A stretch of DNA of 64,000 bases from Woeseiaceae bacterium (GCA_028227395.1 JAOIZZ010000003.1:63077-127076), one strand, 5' to 3'; positions 27,167-36,743 are shown, counted from the first letter of the stretch. Notes: a model not told the origin generated them from the letters alone. Made by a program: numbers and translations.

Positions 27167-29929
27167 TTAGAAGTCGTATGAGACTCTAAAACCCATAGTA
27201 CGTGGGCGGTTAGTGGTAGCTCTTTCGAAGAAGTCTTGTCTGTTGATATGCAACTGTGCACGTTCGTCAGTTAAGTTCTTCACATAGAGCTCCATGCCCC
27301 AGTTATTATTTATATTTTTCAAGCCAACTGAAGTATCAAAAACTGTGTAAGCTTTTTGAAATACATTTGGCTCGTCAGTCGTATCAACTATTGAGTTAAG
27401 CGCTTTTCCTGCATGCTTCATACCCAATTGATAGTAGATACTTCCGTTTGCTGTTTCCCGCTCATATTTAGCTCTAATGGTATATTGTACTTCAGGAGTC
27501 AAAGGTAATTGACGACCTTCATCTTGAACTACGAGAGCAAACGCTGGATCAACACGAGTCAATTCAGTTTTATTATATGAACCAGCTGCATAGACAGTTA
27601 GATTGTCTGTGGCTGCCCATGTAAGATCGCCTTCCATTCCTTTGATTTCAGCATCACCACCATTATCAACAAGTGTAAATATTGAGATGTTTTGCGAATC
27701 GAAATGTGACACTTGAATGTCTTTCCAGTCGATCATGTAGATTGCACCATTGAAACGTAAACGACCATCAAACATAGTTGATTTCCAGCCGAACTCAGTA
27801 CTTTCCATCACATCTGATCTGAACACATAAGGTAAGCAGTATCCAGGGAAGCCAGTTGCTGCGTTTGCATCAATTGCTCCTTTAGTACCACAAGCTATCT
27901 CTGTAGCTAGGCCTGCATTTGCCTTATTATTTGCAGTTGCATCATAAACACCTAGTTTAGCCGCGCCTCGGTTGAAACCACCAGGACGATAACCCTCAGA
28001 CCATGTTGTGTACAATAAGAGATCATCACTTGGCGTATAAGACAACGTGAATTTCATCATTGTATCTTTAGTGCTAATAGGCCTAATTGCCGATGTAAAT
28101 TTAGTGGCATAATCTCGACCACCAGTGACATTAGGTCTAACGTCATTTGAAGGGTCAGCATCATCTACCAGTAATGGACGATTACCGTATCTCCATGCGC
28201 CGTATCCTGTGAAGTCATAATCTAAATCATATTTACGTGCACTCACAGCTACATTCAATTCATCGCTGAGTTGAAAATCAATCTCACCAAACACTGCTGT
28301 TTGCTTTTCTGTTCTAAGATTGTCATTTCTAAACTGCGTTGCACCATTTACAACACCTCTTGCGTTAGCAGATGCTGTACCAAATGTACCTGGCGATCTA
28401 TTGATATCGATTGGGGCAAAGCCTGCTTCGTATGGTGCCATGTAGTTAAAATTACCGATGTGTTTGATTTCGAAATCTTCGACATAAACACCACCTTGCA
28501 TGTTGACCATACCATCCCAATTTGTAGCGAATCGTATTTCATTAGTCATGCGCGTCATTTCATTTTGCAGTCCTACAGCATTTGCTGGGTTACCGCACTC
28601 GATCACGCCAGGATTACCGCTTAGCGTTGGATCATAACCATACCTTGCTACTGTATTAGCAGCTGCTACTGCTGCAGTGGTTATATTACCATCAGCATCT
28701 TTTACTTCTGCAACTGCAAGAGTTTCACCTACACCTGCACCAGTATAATAACCGGCACCGGTTAAGTATTCACAGATATAACCTGATATGGATCCACCGA
28801 TATTGGTATAGCCAGTGTAATCAAGTTGTGCATCGACTGAACGATCTAAGAAAGCACCTGTATAAACAATATCGATATCACCCATTGAACCATTTAGAGT
28901 CCAAGCAGTTGTGTTGAACGAATCATCTAATTTATCAGGTGTGAACCGCGATACTTTGAGGTCACCTTTGGCCATATCATAATCCCAAACACCTTCAGTT
29001 TTGAGAGACTGAGTAGTATTTTGGAGAAGTATATCCCAGTTTTCATTAAGTACCCATTTAAGGCCCATTCTAGCGCCTGCATAGTGTGCATCATTAAAAT
29101 CATCTTCAACGATTGAATCATTTCTTGCTGCTGTATAATTAACTGGAATTGTTGTACCTGCTGCGATTTCTGTTCCGTTAAAGAATCTGGTTGCTTTAGC
29201 GTACGTAACACCAGTTGCTTTAGGGAATGTTCCGTTAATCTTACTACTAGGCGTGAATGTTCCTGCTACATTATCAATATAACCACCTTGGTTATCATTA
29301 TAAAGAGCTACCCTGAATGCCATTTTACCTTCAATCAACGGAACATTAAGCATCATTTCAGCTGAGTTTGAATTCTCACCACCTGATGTAGATGCAAAAC
29401 CGCCATTAAAGCTTGCTTGGAATTCATCAATCACTGGTTTGTTAGTAATTAATCTAACTGTACCTGCCATTGAGCTGGCACCATATAAAGTACCTTGTGG
29501 CCCAGGAAGTACCTCAATACGTTCCATGTCAGTAACATAAACATCTAAGTTACGACCGCCTGATGTAACTGGTTGTTCATCTAAGTAGAGTGCAACGTTT
29601 GGAGCGGAACCTTGAGATTCTGCAACCGTGATATTAATCGCATCGACTGCGGCACCACGAATGTAGATTTCATTTTGTCCTGGTCCTCGTCCACCAGCAT
29701 TAACGCTTGGTAGATATTTCACATAGTCACTGAAGCTTTGAATATTTTCGTCTTCTAGTCTTTGTGCGTCCATTGCTTGCACGGCAAGTGGAATATCTTG
29801 CATGCTAGCTGACCGTTTTGTTGCAGTGACTGTAATTTCTTCTATTGCTTGAGCATGCACCGCTGAAGTAGCAGCACTTGCTGACATCGCAAGTAATACA
29901 GCTTGATGTACTTTGTTTACCTTAAGCAT
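27167..29929 (-). CDS. TonB-dependent outer-membrane receptor
   Basis: About 920 aa. Signal peptide MLKVNKVHQAVLLAMSASAATSAVHA, plug region (EEITVTATKR..., IEVLPGPQGTLYGASSMAGT) and a C-terminal beta-barrel ending in ...RVSYDF. ATG at 29929, preceded by GGGGGAA, is preferred over the TTG at 29950. Confidence 0.9.
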   Translation of the reverse strand: MLKVNKVHQAVLLAMSASAATSAVHAQAIEEITVTATKRSASMQDIPLAVQAMDAQRLEDENIQSFSDYVKYLPSVNAGGRGPGQNEIYIRGAAVDAINITVAESQGSAPNVALYLDEQPVTSGGRNLDVYVTDMERIEVLPGPQGTLYGASSMAGTVRLITNKPVIDEFQASFNGGFASTSGGENSNSAEMMLNVPLIEGKMAFRVALYNDNQGGYIDNVAGTFTPSSKINGTFPKATGVTYAKATRFFNGTEIAAGTTIPVNYTAARNDSIVEDDFNDAHYAGARMGLKWVLNENWDILLQNTTQSLKTEGVWDYDMAKGDLKVSRFTPDKLDDSFNTTAWTLNGSMGDIDIVYTGAFLDRSVDAQLDYTGYTNIGGSISGYICEYLTGAGYYTGAGVGETLAVAEVKDADGNITTAAVAAANTVARYGYDPTLSGNPGVIECGNPANAVGLQNEMTRMTNEIRFATNWDGMVNMQGGVYVEDFEIKHIGNFNYMAPYEAGFAPIDINRSPGTFGTASANARGVVNGATQFRNDNLRTEKQTAVFGEIDFQLSDELNVAVSARKYDLDYDFTGYGAWRYGNRPLLVDDADPSNDVRPNVTGGRDYATKFTSAIRPISTKDTMMKFTLSYTPSDDLLLYTTWSEGYRPGGFNRGAAKLGVYDATANNKANAGLATEIACGTKGAIDANAATGFPGYCLPYVFRSDVMESTEFGWKSTMFDGRLRFNGAIYMIDWKDIQVSHFDSQNISIFTLVDNGGDAEIKGMEGDLTWAATDNLTVYAAGSYNKTELTRVDPAFALVVQDEGRQLPLTPEVQYTIRAKYERETANGSIYYQLGMKHAGKALNSIVDTTDEPNVFQKAYTVFDTSVGLKNINNNWGMELYVKNLTDERAQLHINRQDFFERATTNRPRTMGFRVSYDF

Positions 29930-30173
29930 ATCTGGTTTCCCCCGAGGCAATTTATGTTGCCGTTTTTTTGCTTAGTTAATAAAACATTACTTGTTGTTTG
30001 TGTGACTTTTTCAAATTTTTTTTACAAAAAAATGAGTTAAATCGACACAGTAATGCATGAAATTTAAAGTAGTTGGATCAAAACTACAAGCAAATAATTA
30101 ACTTTTTACGCTTTTTTGTTATTTTTGTTGTTTTAATACAACAATAGAAAAAACTCAATATATTTGGTTTTGA

Positions 30174-31853
30174 CTAAAATAAACCCGTAATACTTTTTGA
30201 ATCGTCTACACCAATATTATCAGAAGCCGGCTTCCTCGGCAGTCCTGGCATGGTCATAACATCACCACATACTACGACAATAAATTCGGCACCAGCAGCA
30301 AGTCGAATTTCACGGATAGGAACATCATGACCACTGGGAGCTCCAGTGAGTTGCGGGTCAGTAGAAAAACTGTACTGGGTTTTTGCCATACAAACCGGAT
30401 AATGACCGTAACCCTCTGTTTCAAATTGATCAAATTGTGCTCGTACTTTTTTGTCTGCAATAATATCTTGGGCGCCATAAATGGTTCTAGCAATATGCTG
30501 AGCTTTATCCCAGAGTTTCATGTCATCGGCATACAGTGTTTTAAATTTAGATGGCTGATTGTCAATCATGTCGATTACATGAGAGGCTAATGCTTCTGCC
30601 CCTTTTCCACCATCAGACCAGTGAGAAGAAATTTTACAAGCAACGCCAAATTTTTGACAATAATCTATAATTGCTTGATGCTCATTTTTTGTGTCAGTTA
30701 CGTAATCATTTATAGCAACGGCTACTGGCACTCCAAATTCACCAATATTTCGAATGTGACGACCTAGGTTCTCACATCCAGCTATCACAGCATCGACATT
30801 CTCTTTTTGTAAGTTTGATTTTTCAACTCCACCGTGCATTTTTAAAGCTTTGGTGGTTGCAACTAGGACCACGGCACTGGGATTAAGTCCTGCTTTACGA
30901 CATTTTATATCAAAAAATTTCTCTGCCCCTAAGTCAGCGCCAAAACCTGCTTCAGTTACCACATAATCAGCCAGTTTGAGTGCTGTTTTAGTAGCCACAA
31001 CAGAGTTACAACCGTGTGCAATATTGGCAAATGGACCGCCATGCATTAAAGCAGGGTTATTTTCAAGTGTCTGAACTATATTAGGTTGAAAGGCATCTTT
31101 TAATAAAGCAGTCATTGCACCTTGTGCATTTAGTTGACTGACTTTGACCGGCTCACGTTTTCTTGTATATCCGATAACAATGTTACCGATACGATTTTGC
31201 AGATCATCAAGATCTGTTGCCAAGCAAAAGACGGCCATAACCTCAGAGGCGACTGTGATGTCAAAACCTCCTTGTCTTGGAATACCGTTACCAGGACCGC
31301 CAAGACCAGTTGTGATATCTCTTAGGGCACGATCATTCATATCGACAACTCGCTTCCAAGTAATTCTCCTTGGATCAAGGTCCAGCGTATTTTCCCAGTG
31401 GATATGATTATCAATTAAGGCAGACAAAAGGTTATGTGCCGCACCGATGGCATGAAAATCACCCGTGAAATGTAAATTGATGTCTGTCATTGGGATGACT
31501 TGAGCATAACCACCACCTGCGGCTCCCCCTTTCATTCCAAAACAAGGACCCAAGCTTGGTTCTCGTAAGCAAATCATCGCACGCTTACCTATGTGGCATA
31601 AACCATCGACTAAGCCAACGCTCGTTGTTGTTTTGCCTTCACCTGCGGGTGTGGGTGAGATTGCAGTGACTAAAATAAGATGACCGTCTTTCTTATCCTG
31701 AATTCCATCAATAAATTCGTAGGTTAATTTTGCCTTATCATTACCATATGGAATTAAACCCAATTCTTTAATGTCTAATTTCTTAGCAATGTCTGTAATG
31801 GGTTTTTTTATTGCTGCTTGAGCAATCTCTAAATCTGAAAGATAGTCTGTCAT
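30174..31853 (-). CDS. fhs: formate-tetrahydrofolate ligase
   Basis: 559 aa from the ATG at 31853 ([12 protein letters not shown]...). FTHFS P-loop [15 protein letters not shown] and a highly conserved core. The ORF-track N-terminal extension to 31952 is unlikely. Confidence 0.9.
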   Translation of the reverse strand: MTDYLSDLEIAQAAIKKPITDIAKKLDIKELGLIPYGNDKAKLTYEFIDGIQDKKDGHLILVTAISPTPAGEGKTTTSVGLVDGLCHIGKRAMICLREPSLGPCFGMKGGAAGGGYAQVIPMTDINLHFTGDFHAIGAAHNLLSALIDNHIHWENTLDLDPRRITWKRVVDMNDRALRDITTGLGGPGNGIPRQGGFDITVASEVMAVFCLATDLDDLQNRIGNIVIGYTRKREPVKVSQLNAQGAMTALLKDAFQPNIVQTLENNPALMHGGPFANIAHGCNSVVATKTALKLADYVVTEAGFGADLGAEKFFDIKCRKAGLNPSAVVLVATTKALKMHGGVEKSNLQKENVDAVIAGCENLGRHIRNIGEFGVPVAVAINDYVTDTKNEHQAIIDYCQKFGVACKISSHWSDGGKGAEALASHVIDMIDNQPSKFKTLYADDMKLWDKAQHIARTIYGAQDIIADKKVRAQFDQFETEGYGHYPVCMAKTQYSFSTDPQLTGAPSGHDVPIREIRLAAGAEFIVVVCGDVMTMPGLPRKPASDNIGVDDSKSITGLF

Positions 31854-32077
31854 AATTTTATTACCTAGAATTACATCTTTATGTATTATTTTGATTATGG
31901 AAAAGCAGTCTAATCTGGAAACTGTTTTTTCACAAATCGTAATCCATATCATGAGGAGTTAGTTAGCTGAAAATTTTTGTCTTTTATTACGGTAATATTT
32001 ATGCAAATAATCGCTTTTTCAAGGCATTCTATGGATTTTTAATTTAATAATAATTTTATTAAAGTTTGATGGGTATA

Positions 32078-32106
32078 ATGTCGTTTAAAATCATACAAAT
32101 GTCGTT
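32078..32106 (+). promoter_or_regulatory. two direct ATGTCGTT repeats spaced 21 bp, candidate activator site in the fhs/mttB divergent promoter region
   Basis: ATGTCGTT occurs at 32078-32085 and 32099-32106. A possible sigma70 promoter lies downstream (TTGAAT 32125-32130, 17 nt spacer, AATATA 32148-32153). The same core motif recurs upstream of dmgdh. Confidence 0.35.
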
Positions 32107-32209
32107 ATTAGATAAGCAATTAGGTTGAATGTAGAAGAAAATCACGAAATATATAAAAATTTAATTATTACAAAAAATAGTTAGGCGATTAATTGAAGGG
32201 GGCGATGGG

Positions 32210-33751
32210 ATGGTTGATAGAAAACGCCGACGAAAAGGTGGCGGCAGAAGCTCAAAAGTAGCTGCTCGTCAAAATATTTCTACTGAATATCAAGCTTATA
32301 TTGAACGCAATATACCTTATTTTGAAATATTGGATGAAGAGGGCTTGGCGTTAATAGAAAATAACGCTGATATTTTATTAGAAGAAATTGGTATTGAATT
32401 TCGTGATTTCCCCGAAGCTTTAAAACTATTCAAGGATGCAGGCGCAGACATAAAAGGTGAACGAGTTCGTTTCCCACGTGGTTTTTGCCGAAGTATCATT
32501 CAGGCAAGCGCTCCATCGGAATATACTCAACACGCTCGGAATTCTGCTCGTAATGTTGTTATTGGGGGACCACGAACAGTGCTCGTCCCTGCCTATGGTT
32601 CGCCTTTCATTAGAAACTTAGATGAGGGCCGACGTTATGCGACCATTGAAGATTTTCGTAATTTTGTAAAATTAGCTTACATGAGCCCGCATCTTCATCA
32701 TTCGGGAGGAACTATTTGTGAGCCTGTTGATGTCCCCGTGAATAAGCGTCATTTCGATATGATCTACAGTCATATTAAATACAGTGATAAACCATTCATG
32801 GGATCTGTTACTCACCCAGAAAGAGCGGAAGATACAGTGGCGATGGCTAAAATTCTCTTTGGTGAGGACTTCCTTAAAGAAAATACCGTTCTAACCAGCT
32901 TAATCAATGCAAATTCACCATTAACTTTTGATGCCACAATGTTGGGTGCAGCGACAGTTTATGCCAAGAATAATCAGGCCACGATGATTTCACCTTTTAT
33001 CCTGGCAGGAGCGATGTCTCCGGTTAGTGTTGCTGGCACAGTGACGCAAATTTTAGCAGAAGCTCTAGCAGGTATAGCTTATATTCAGCTAGTTAATCCA
33101 GGTGCCCCAGTAATTTTCGGAACCTTTGCGAGTGCCGTATCTATGCAAACTGGCGCACCAACCTTTGGTACTCCTGAGCCCGGTCAGGTGATGACAATTG
33201 CAGGTGCCTTAGCTAGACGCTTAGGCGTTCCATTTCGAAGTGGTGGAGGATTATGTGCTTCTAAAATTCCAGATGCACAGGCAGCTTATGAATCTGCAAA
33301 TACTCTACAAGCGTCGGCATTAGCTGGAGTTAACTTTATGTTGCATACCGCAGGTTGGCTTGAGGGTGGTCTTTCCATGGGCTATGAAAAGTTTATTATG
33401 GATGCAGATCAAGCGGGTATGTTAGCAGTGATGCTTAAAGGAGTAGATATGTCAGTCAACGCTCAAGCATTAGATGCATTTAGAGAAATAGGACCTGGGG
33501 CCCATTTTCTCGGAGCGACACATACACAAGCTAATTTTGAATCTGCATTTTATCGTTCGGAAGTTGCTGATAACAATAGTTTTGAACAGTGGGAAGAAGA
33601 AGGCAGTATGGATTGTGCTATGCGAGCAAATAAAAAATGGAAACAAATGTTAAAAGACTATGAGGCGCCTGAATTAGATCAAGGAATTGATGAAGCATTA
33701 TTAGAATTTATTGCCAAAAGAAAATCTGAATTTGAAGACAAGGATTATTAA
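32210..33751 (+). CDS. MttB-superfamily (trimethylamine methyltransferase family) quaternary-amine:corrinoid methyltransferase, non-pyrrolysine type
   Basis: 513 aa with no in-frame TAG. Family-typical length and an Arg-rich N-terminus (MVDRKRRRKGGGRSSKVAARQ). A corrinoid protein gene follows immediately. Confidence 0.8.
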   Translation: MVDRKRRRKGGGRSSKVAARQNISTEYQAYIERNIPYFEILDEEGLALIENNADILLEEIGIEFRDFPEALKLFKDAGADIKGERVRFPRGFCRSIIQASAPSEYTQHARNSARNVVIGGPRTVLVPAYGSPFIRNLDEGRRYATIEDFRNFVKLAYMSPHLHHSGGTICEPVDVPVNKRHFDMIYSHIKYSDKPFMGSVTHPERAEDTVAMAKILFGEDFLKENTVLTSLINANSPLTFDATMLGAATVYAKNNQATMISPFILAGAMSPVSVAGTVTQILAEALAGIAYIQLVNPGAPVIFGTFASAVSMQTGAPTFGTPEPGQVMTIAGALARRLGVPFRSGGGLCASKIPDAQAAYESANTLQASALAGVNFMLHTAGWLEGGLSMGYEKFIMDADQAGMLAVMLKGVDMSVNAQALDAFREIGPGAHFLGATHTQANFESAFYRSEVADNNSFEQWEEEGSMDCAMRANKKWKQMLKDYEAPELDQGIDEALLEFIAKRKSEFEDKDY

Positions 33752-33808
33752 GTTAATCAAATAGCGAGTTCGTGAATTTTATATATTAGGTAGCAGAGAG
33801 ATTATTTT

Positions 33809-34522
33809 ATGAGTGATTCGAATGAAGTTTATGATGACGAGGATATCGTTTTAGCCGATTTGTCTGATGATGAGTTGGTCGAGCAAATGCACGATGATTT
33901 ATACGATGGTCTAAAAGAAGAGATCGAAGAAGGCACCAATATTTTGCTATCAAGAGATTGGTCGGCAGAACGAGTCCTTAACGAAGCTTTGGTTGCAGGT
34001 ATGAAAATCGTGGGTGTCGATTTTCGCGATGGTATTTTATTTGTTCCTGAGGTTTTGTTAGCAGCAAATTCAATGAAGGGTGGAATGGCTATTTTAAAAC
34101 CATTGTTAGCTGAAACGGGAGCAAAACCGATAGGCACGATGGTCATTGGTACGGTTAAAGGTGATATTCATGATATTGGAAAAAATTTAGTTGGTATGAT
34201 GTTAGAAGGAGCAGGTTTTGAGGTATTTGATATTGGAATAAATAATTCTGTAGAGGATTATTTTGCAGCTCTTGAGGAGCATAAGCCAGATATCTTGGGT
34301 ATGTCCGCACTGCTTACAACGACGATGCCATATATGAAAGTAGTTATTGATGAGATGGTTAATAAAGGCATACGCGATGACTATATTGTCCTTGTTGGCG
34401 GTGCTCCACTAAACGAAGAATTTGGAACAGCAGTTGGGGCGGATGGATATTGTAGGGATGCTGCAGAGGCCGCTGCTATATCCGTTGCCATGGTGGCTGA
34501 ACGACAAGCTTCACAAGCTTAA
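33809..34522 (+). CDS. cobalamin (corrinoid)-binding protein, MtbC/MtgC-like
   Basis: 237 aa. B12-binding motif GDIHDIGKNLV (DxHxxG), SALLTTTM, and GGAPL in a Rossmann-like C-terminal domain, with an N-terminal helical cap. Confidence 0.85.
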   Translation: MSDSNEVYDDEDIVLADLSDDELVEQMHDDLYDGLKEEIEEGTNILLSRDWSAERVLNEALVAGMKIVGVDFRDGILFVPEVLLAANSMKGGMAILKPLLAETGAKPIGTMVIGTVKGDIHDIGKNLVGMMLEGAGFEVFDIGINNSVEDYFAALEEHKPDILGMSALLTTTMPYMKVVIDEMVNKGIRDDYIVLVGGAPLNEEFGTAVGADGYCRDAAEAAAISVAMVAERQASQA

Positions 34523-34556
34523 ATACCAGCATCGTATTTAAAATTACTAGAATGGC

Positions 34557-34859
34557 ATGAAGAAAATTACTATATTTTGGCGAGACATTCCATCCCAAAT
34601 TTTGGTCCAAAAAGGAAGAAATAGACAGAAAAAAATGTTAGCTCCTCGTTTCCAGGAGGCAATCGATAGAGCAGCTATGCGTTCTGGAAAAGGCAGCAGT
34701 GATGCCTATATTAATGAGTGGCGAAGGGTAACTGAGACTATTGATTTGTGTCCAGATATTGAGACGTTGTTAATCCTTGAAATCAAGGAGCTTGAACTTA
34801 AATATTCAGATAGTGAGTTATTAAAATTAATACGAAATCATGGCGTCACAAAAACGTGA
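34557..34859 (+). CDS. small conserved protein of unknown function ('virulence factor'-domain-like, as found beside MetF in corrinoid methyltransferase clusters)
   Basis: 100 aa (MKKITIFWRDIPSQILVQKGRNRQKKMLAPRFQEAIDRAAMRSGKGSSDAYINEWRR...). The family assignment is from memory of similar small ORFs next to metF-like genes and is not verified. Confidence 0.5.
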   Translation: MKKITIFWRDIPSQILVQKGRNRQKKMLAPRFQEAIDRAAMRSGKGSSDAYINEWRRVTETIDLCPDIETLLILEIKELELKYSDSELLKLIRNHGVTKT

Positions 34860-34889
34860 GCGTCTCATTACCTAGGATGGGTCAGTAAA

Positions 34890-35756
34890 GTGGGGAATGA
34901 AATAAATACAAGCAAATCATCTAGAGAGATCAGTAAACGCATAATTGATAATTTGGAAAATGCCTACATGGAAGTTATCCCATTTCCCAATATCGAAGAT
35001 AAATTTCAAATTCTAAAACCAAATACGCGTTTAGCGGTTACTTGTTCACCGACAAAAGGTGTAGACGAAACCCTGCAACTTTGTGAGAAACTTGTGTCCC
35101 TTGGATTTAGTGTAACTCCTCATATTGCGGCGAAATGCGTGAGCAATCAAAAGCATCTTGAATCAATTATAAAGAAACTCGATTCCATGAATGTTGATAG
35201 TATCTTTATACCTGGAGGTGATCGACCTGAGCCAATGGGGGATTTTCATAATGCATATCAACTTTTAGCAGCTCTAAAAGTGTGCAATCACAATATGAGA
35301 TCAATAGGAATTGCGGCGCATCCCGAAGGGCATCCAGATATAGATGAGGCTCACTTAATGGAAGATCTTGAGAGAAAAAAAGACTTAGCAGACTATATTG
35401 TTACTCAAATGTGTTTTGATGCAAATATCTTGGGTGACTGGTTGGTTCGGATCAAACAAAATGGTATTGATCTTCCAGTTTGGGCCGGCTTACCAGGTGT
35501 GATCGAGCGTGGACGTTTACTCAGAACTTCTCTGAGGATTGGGGTGGGTGATTCACTTCGTTTTTTGCGAAAAAAATCTCAAGTCGCCGCAGAATTAATG
35601 AAATCTAGTATTTATCATCCTGACAAATTAGTGGAAAGTATTTCTGAATATGAAGATATTGAATCGACCAATCTTTCTGGTTATCACATATTTTGTTTTA
35701 ACCAAGTTGAAATGACAGAAAAATGGCGAATTGAGACCATTGCTCGAATGCAATGA
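34890..35756 (+). CDS. metF: methylenetetrahydrofolate reductase (MetF-like)
   Basis: 288 aa with a GTG start. MTHFR-like TIM-barrel pattern (VTCSPTKG...TPHIAA...IFIPGGD...GIAAHPEGHP...TQMCFD). The context is methyl-THF producing genes. Confidence 0.7.
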   Translation: MGNEINTSKSSREISKRIIDNLENAYMEVIPFPNIEDKFQILKPNTRLAVTCSPTKGVDETLQLCEKLVSLGFSVTPHIAAKCVSNQKHLESIIKKLDSMNVDSIFIPGGDRPEPMGDFHNAYQLLAALKVCNHNMRSIGIAAHPEGHPDIDEAHLMEDLERKKDLADYIVTQMCFDANILGDWLVRIKQNGIDLPVWAGLPGVIERGRLLRTSLRIGVGDSLRFLRKKSQVAAELMKSSIYHPDKLVESISEYEDIESTNLSGYHIFCFNQVEMTEKWRIETIARMQ

Positions 35757-35799
35757 AAATAATCTAATAATAAAATATAAATAATTGGTTGGAGAAAAA

Positions 35800-36699
35800 A
35801 TGACTATTACGTCAATAAGCTCGGCAACAAGAGAAGTTAGGATCGGTTTTGATCAACCATTCGTAATAATAGGTGAGAGAATTAATCCAACCGGAAGAAA
35901 GCTATTAGCGGAGGAAATGAAAGCCGATGATTTCAGTCGTGTTGAAGCAGATGCGATCGCGCAAGTAAAAGCTGGTGCACATATGCTTGATATAAATGCA
36001 GGAATTCCACTGGCTGATGAACCAGCATTACTCGCAAAAGCCATTCAGGTAGTACAAGCTGTCACCGATGTTCCCTTGTCAATTGACTCATCTATAATAG
36101 CTGCACTTGAGGCTGGTTTAGCTGTATATCAGGGCAAGGCATTAGTAAATTCAGTGACGGGAGAAGATGAGGTTCTCGAGGCTGTGCTGCCTCTGGTTGC
36201 TAAATACAACTGTGCAGTTGTTGCAATTTCAAATGATGAAACAGGAATCTCAGAAGATCCTAACGTTCGGTTTGAGGTGGCTAAAAAGATTGTTGAAAGG
36301 GCTGCGGATTATGGAATCTCTCATGAAAACATAGTGGTAGATCCATTAGTGATGCCGATTGGTGCCATAAATTCAGCAGGTCTACAAATTATGCATCTGG
36401 TTGGGCGATTAAAAAATGAATTAAAAGTTAATACTACTTGTGGGGCATCAAATGTGAGTTTTGGGCTACCAAATCGAAATGGTATAAATGCTGCATTCTT
36501 AACTATGGCGATTGCTTCTGGTATGACGTCTGCGATTACGAGCCCCCTTCATGCAGAAGTCATGCAGGCGGTCCTGGGTGCGAATGTTATGATGGGCAAT
36601 GATCCAAACTGTAGCAAATGGATCGAACAATTTCGTGCCGCAGAGTTAGGTGATAGGGGAGATGCAAGGAGTAAAAGAAAACGTAGACGAAGAGGTTAA
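35800..36699 (+). CDS. methyltetrahydrofolate:corrinoid methyltransferase (pterin-binding domain, MetH/AcsE/MtrH-like)
   Basis: About 299 aa from the ATG at 35800 (GGAG at 35791). Pterin-binding motifs IGERINPTGRK, LDINAG, LSIDSS, VNSV and NVSFGLPNR. The C-terminal tail RSKRKRRRRG is unusually basic. Confidence 0.8.
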   Translation: MTITSISSATREVRIGFDQPFVIIGERINPTGRKLLAEEMKADDFSRVEADAIAQVKAGAHMLDINAGIPLADEPALLAKAIQVVQAVTDVPLSIDSSIIAALEAGLAVYQGKALVNSVTGEDEVLEAVLPLVAKYNCAVVAISNDETGISEDPNVRFEVAKKIVERAADYGISHENIVVDPLVMPIGAINSAGLQIMHLVGRLKNELKVNTTCGASNVSFGLPNRNGINAAFLTMAIASGMTSAITSPLHAEVMQAVLGANVMMGNDPNCSKWIEQFRAAELGDRGDARSKRKRRRRG

Positions 36700-36743
36700 A
36701 TTTGATTTGTGTTGTTTAAATTATAATATAAACTAAATTCATT

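Noticed and set aside
30125-30160. TTGTTGT-N6-ACAACAA hairpin downstream of fhs as a terminator
   Set aside because: The stem is AT-rich and not followed by a T-run on the transcribed (minus) strand. It is indistinguishable from chance in this AT-rich spacer.
29930-30173. Cobalamin riboswitch or other riboswitch in the TBDR leader (also checked 31854-32209 before mttB)
   Set aside because: I found no B12-box-like GCCACTG element on either strand and no obvious conserved multi-stem structure. The regions are plain AT-rich promoter DNA. The receptor is also far larger than BtuB.
31854-31952. N-terminal extension of fhs (the ORF-track start), and similar extensions of the MOSC gene (10560-10682), TBDR (29930-29950), NhaC (51775-51807) and the AbfD-like gene (50335-50370)
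   Set aside because: The extensions add non-conserved residues, and some rely on TTG. The family-typical N-terminus begins at an internal ATG with a better SD. One extension would overlap a divergent gene.
32210-33751. Possible pyrrolysine (in-frame TAG) in the MttB homologue
   Set aside because: The ORF is uninterrupted with no in-frame amber codon, and no pyl genes are in the window. It is a non-Pyl MttB-superfamily member.
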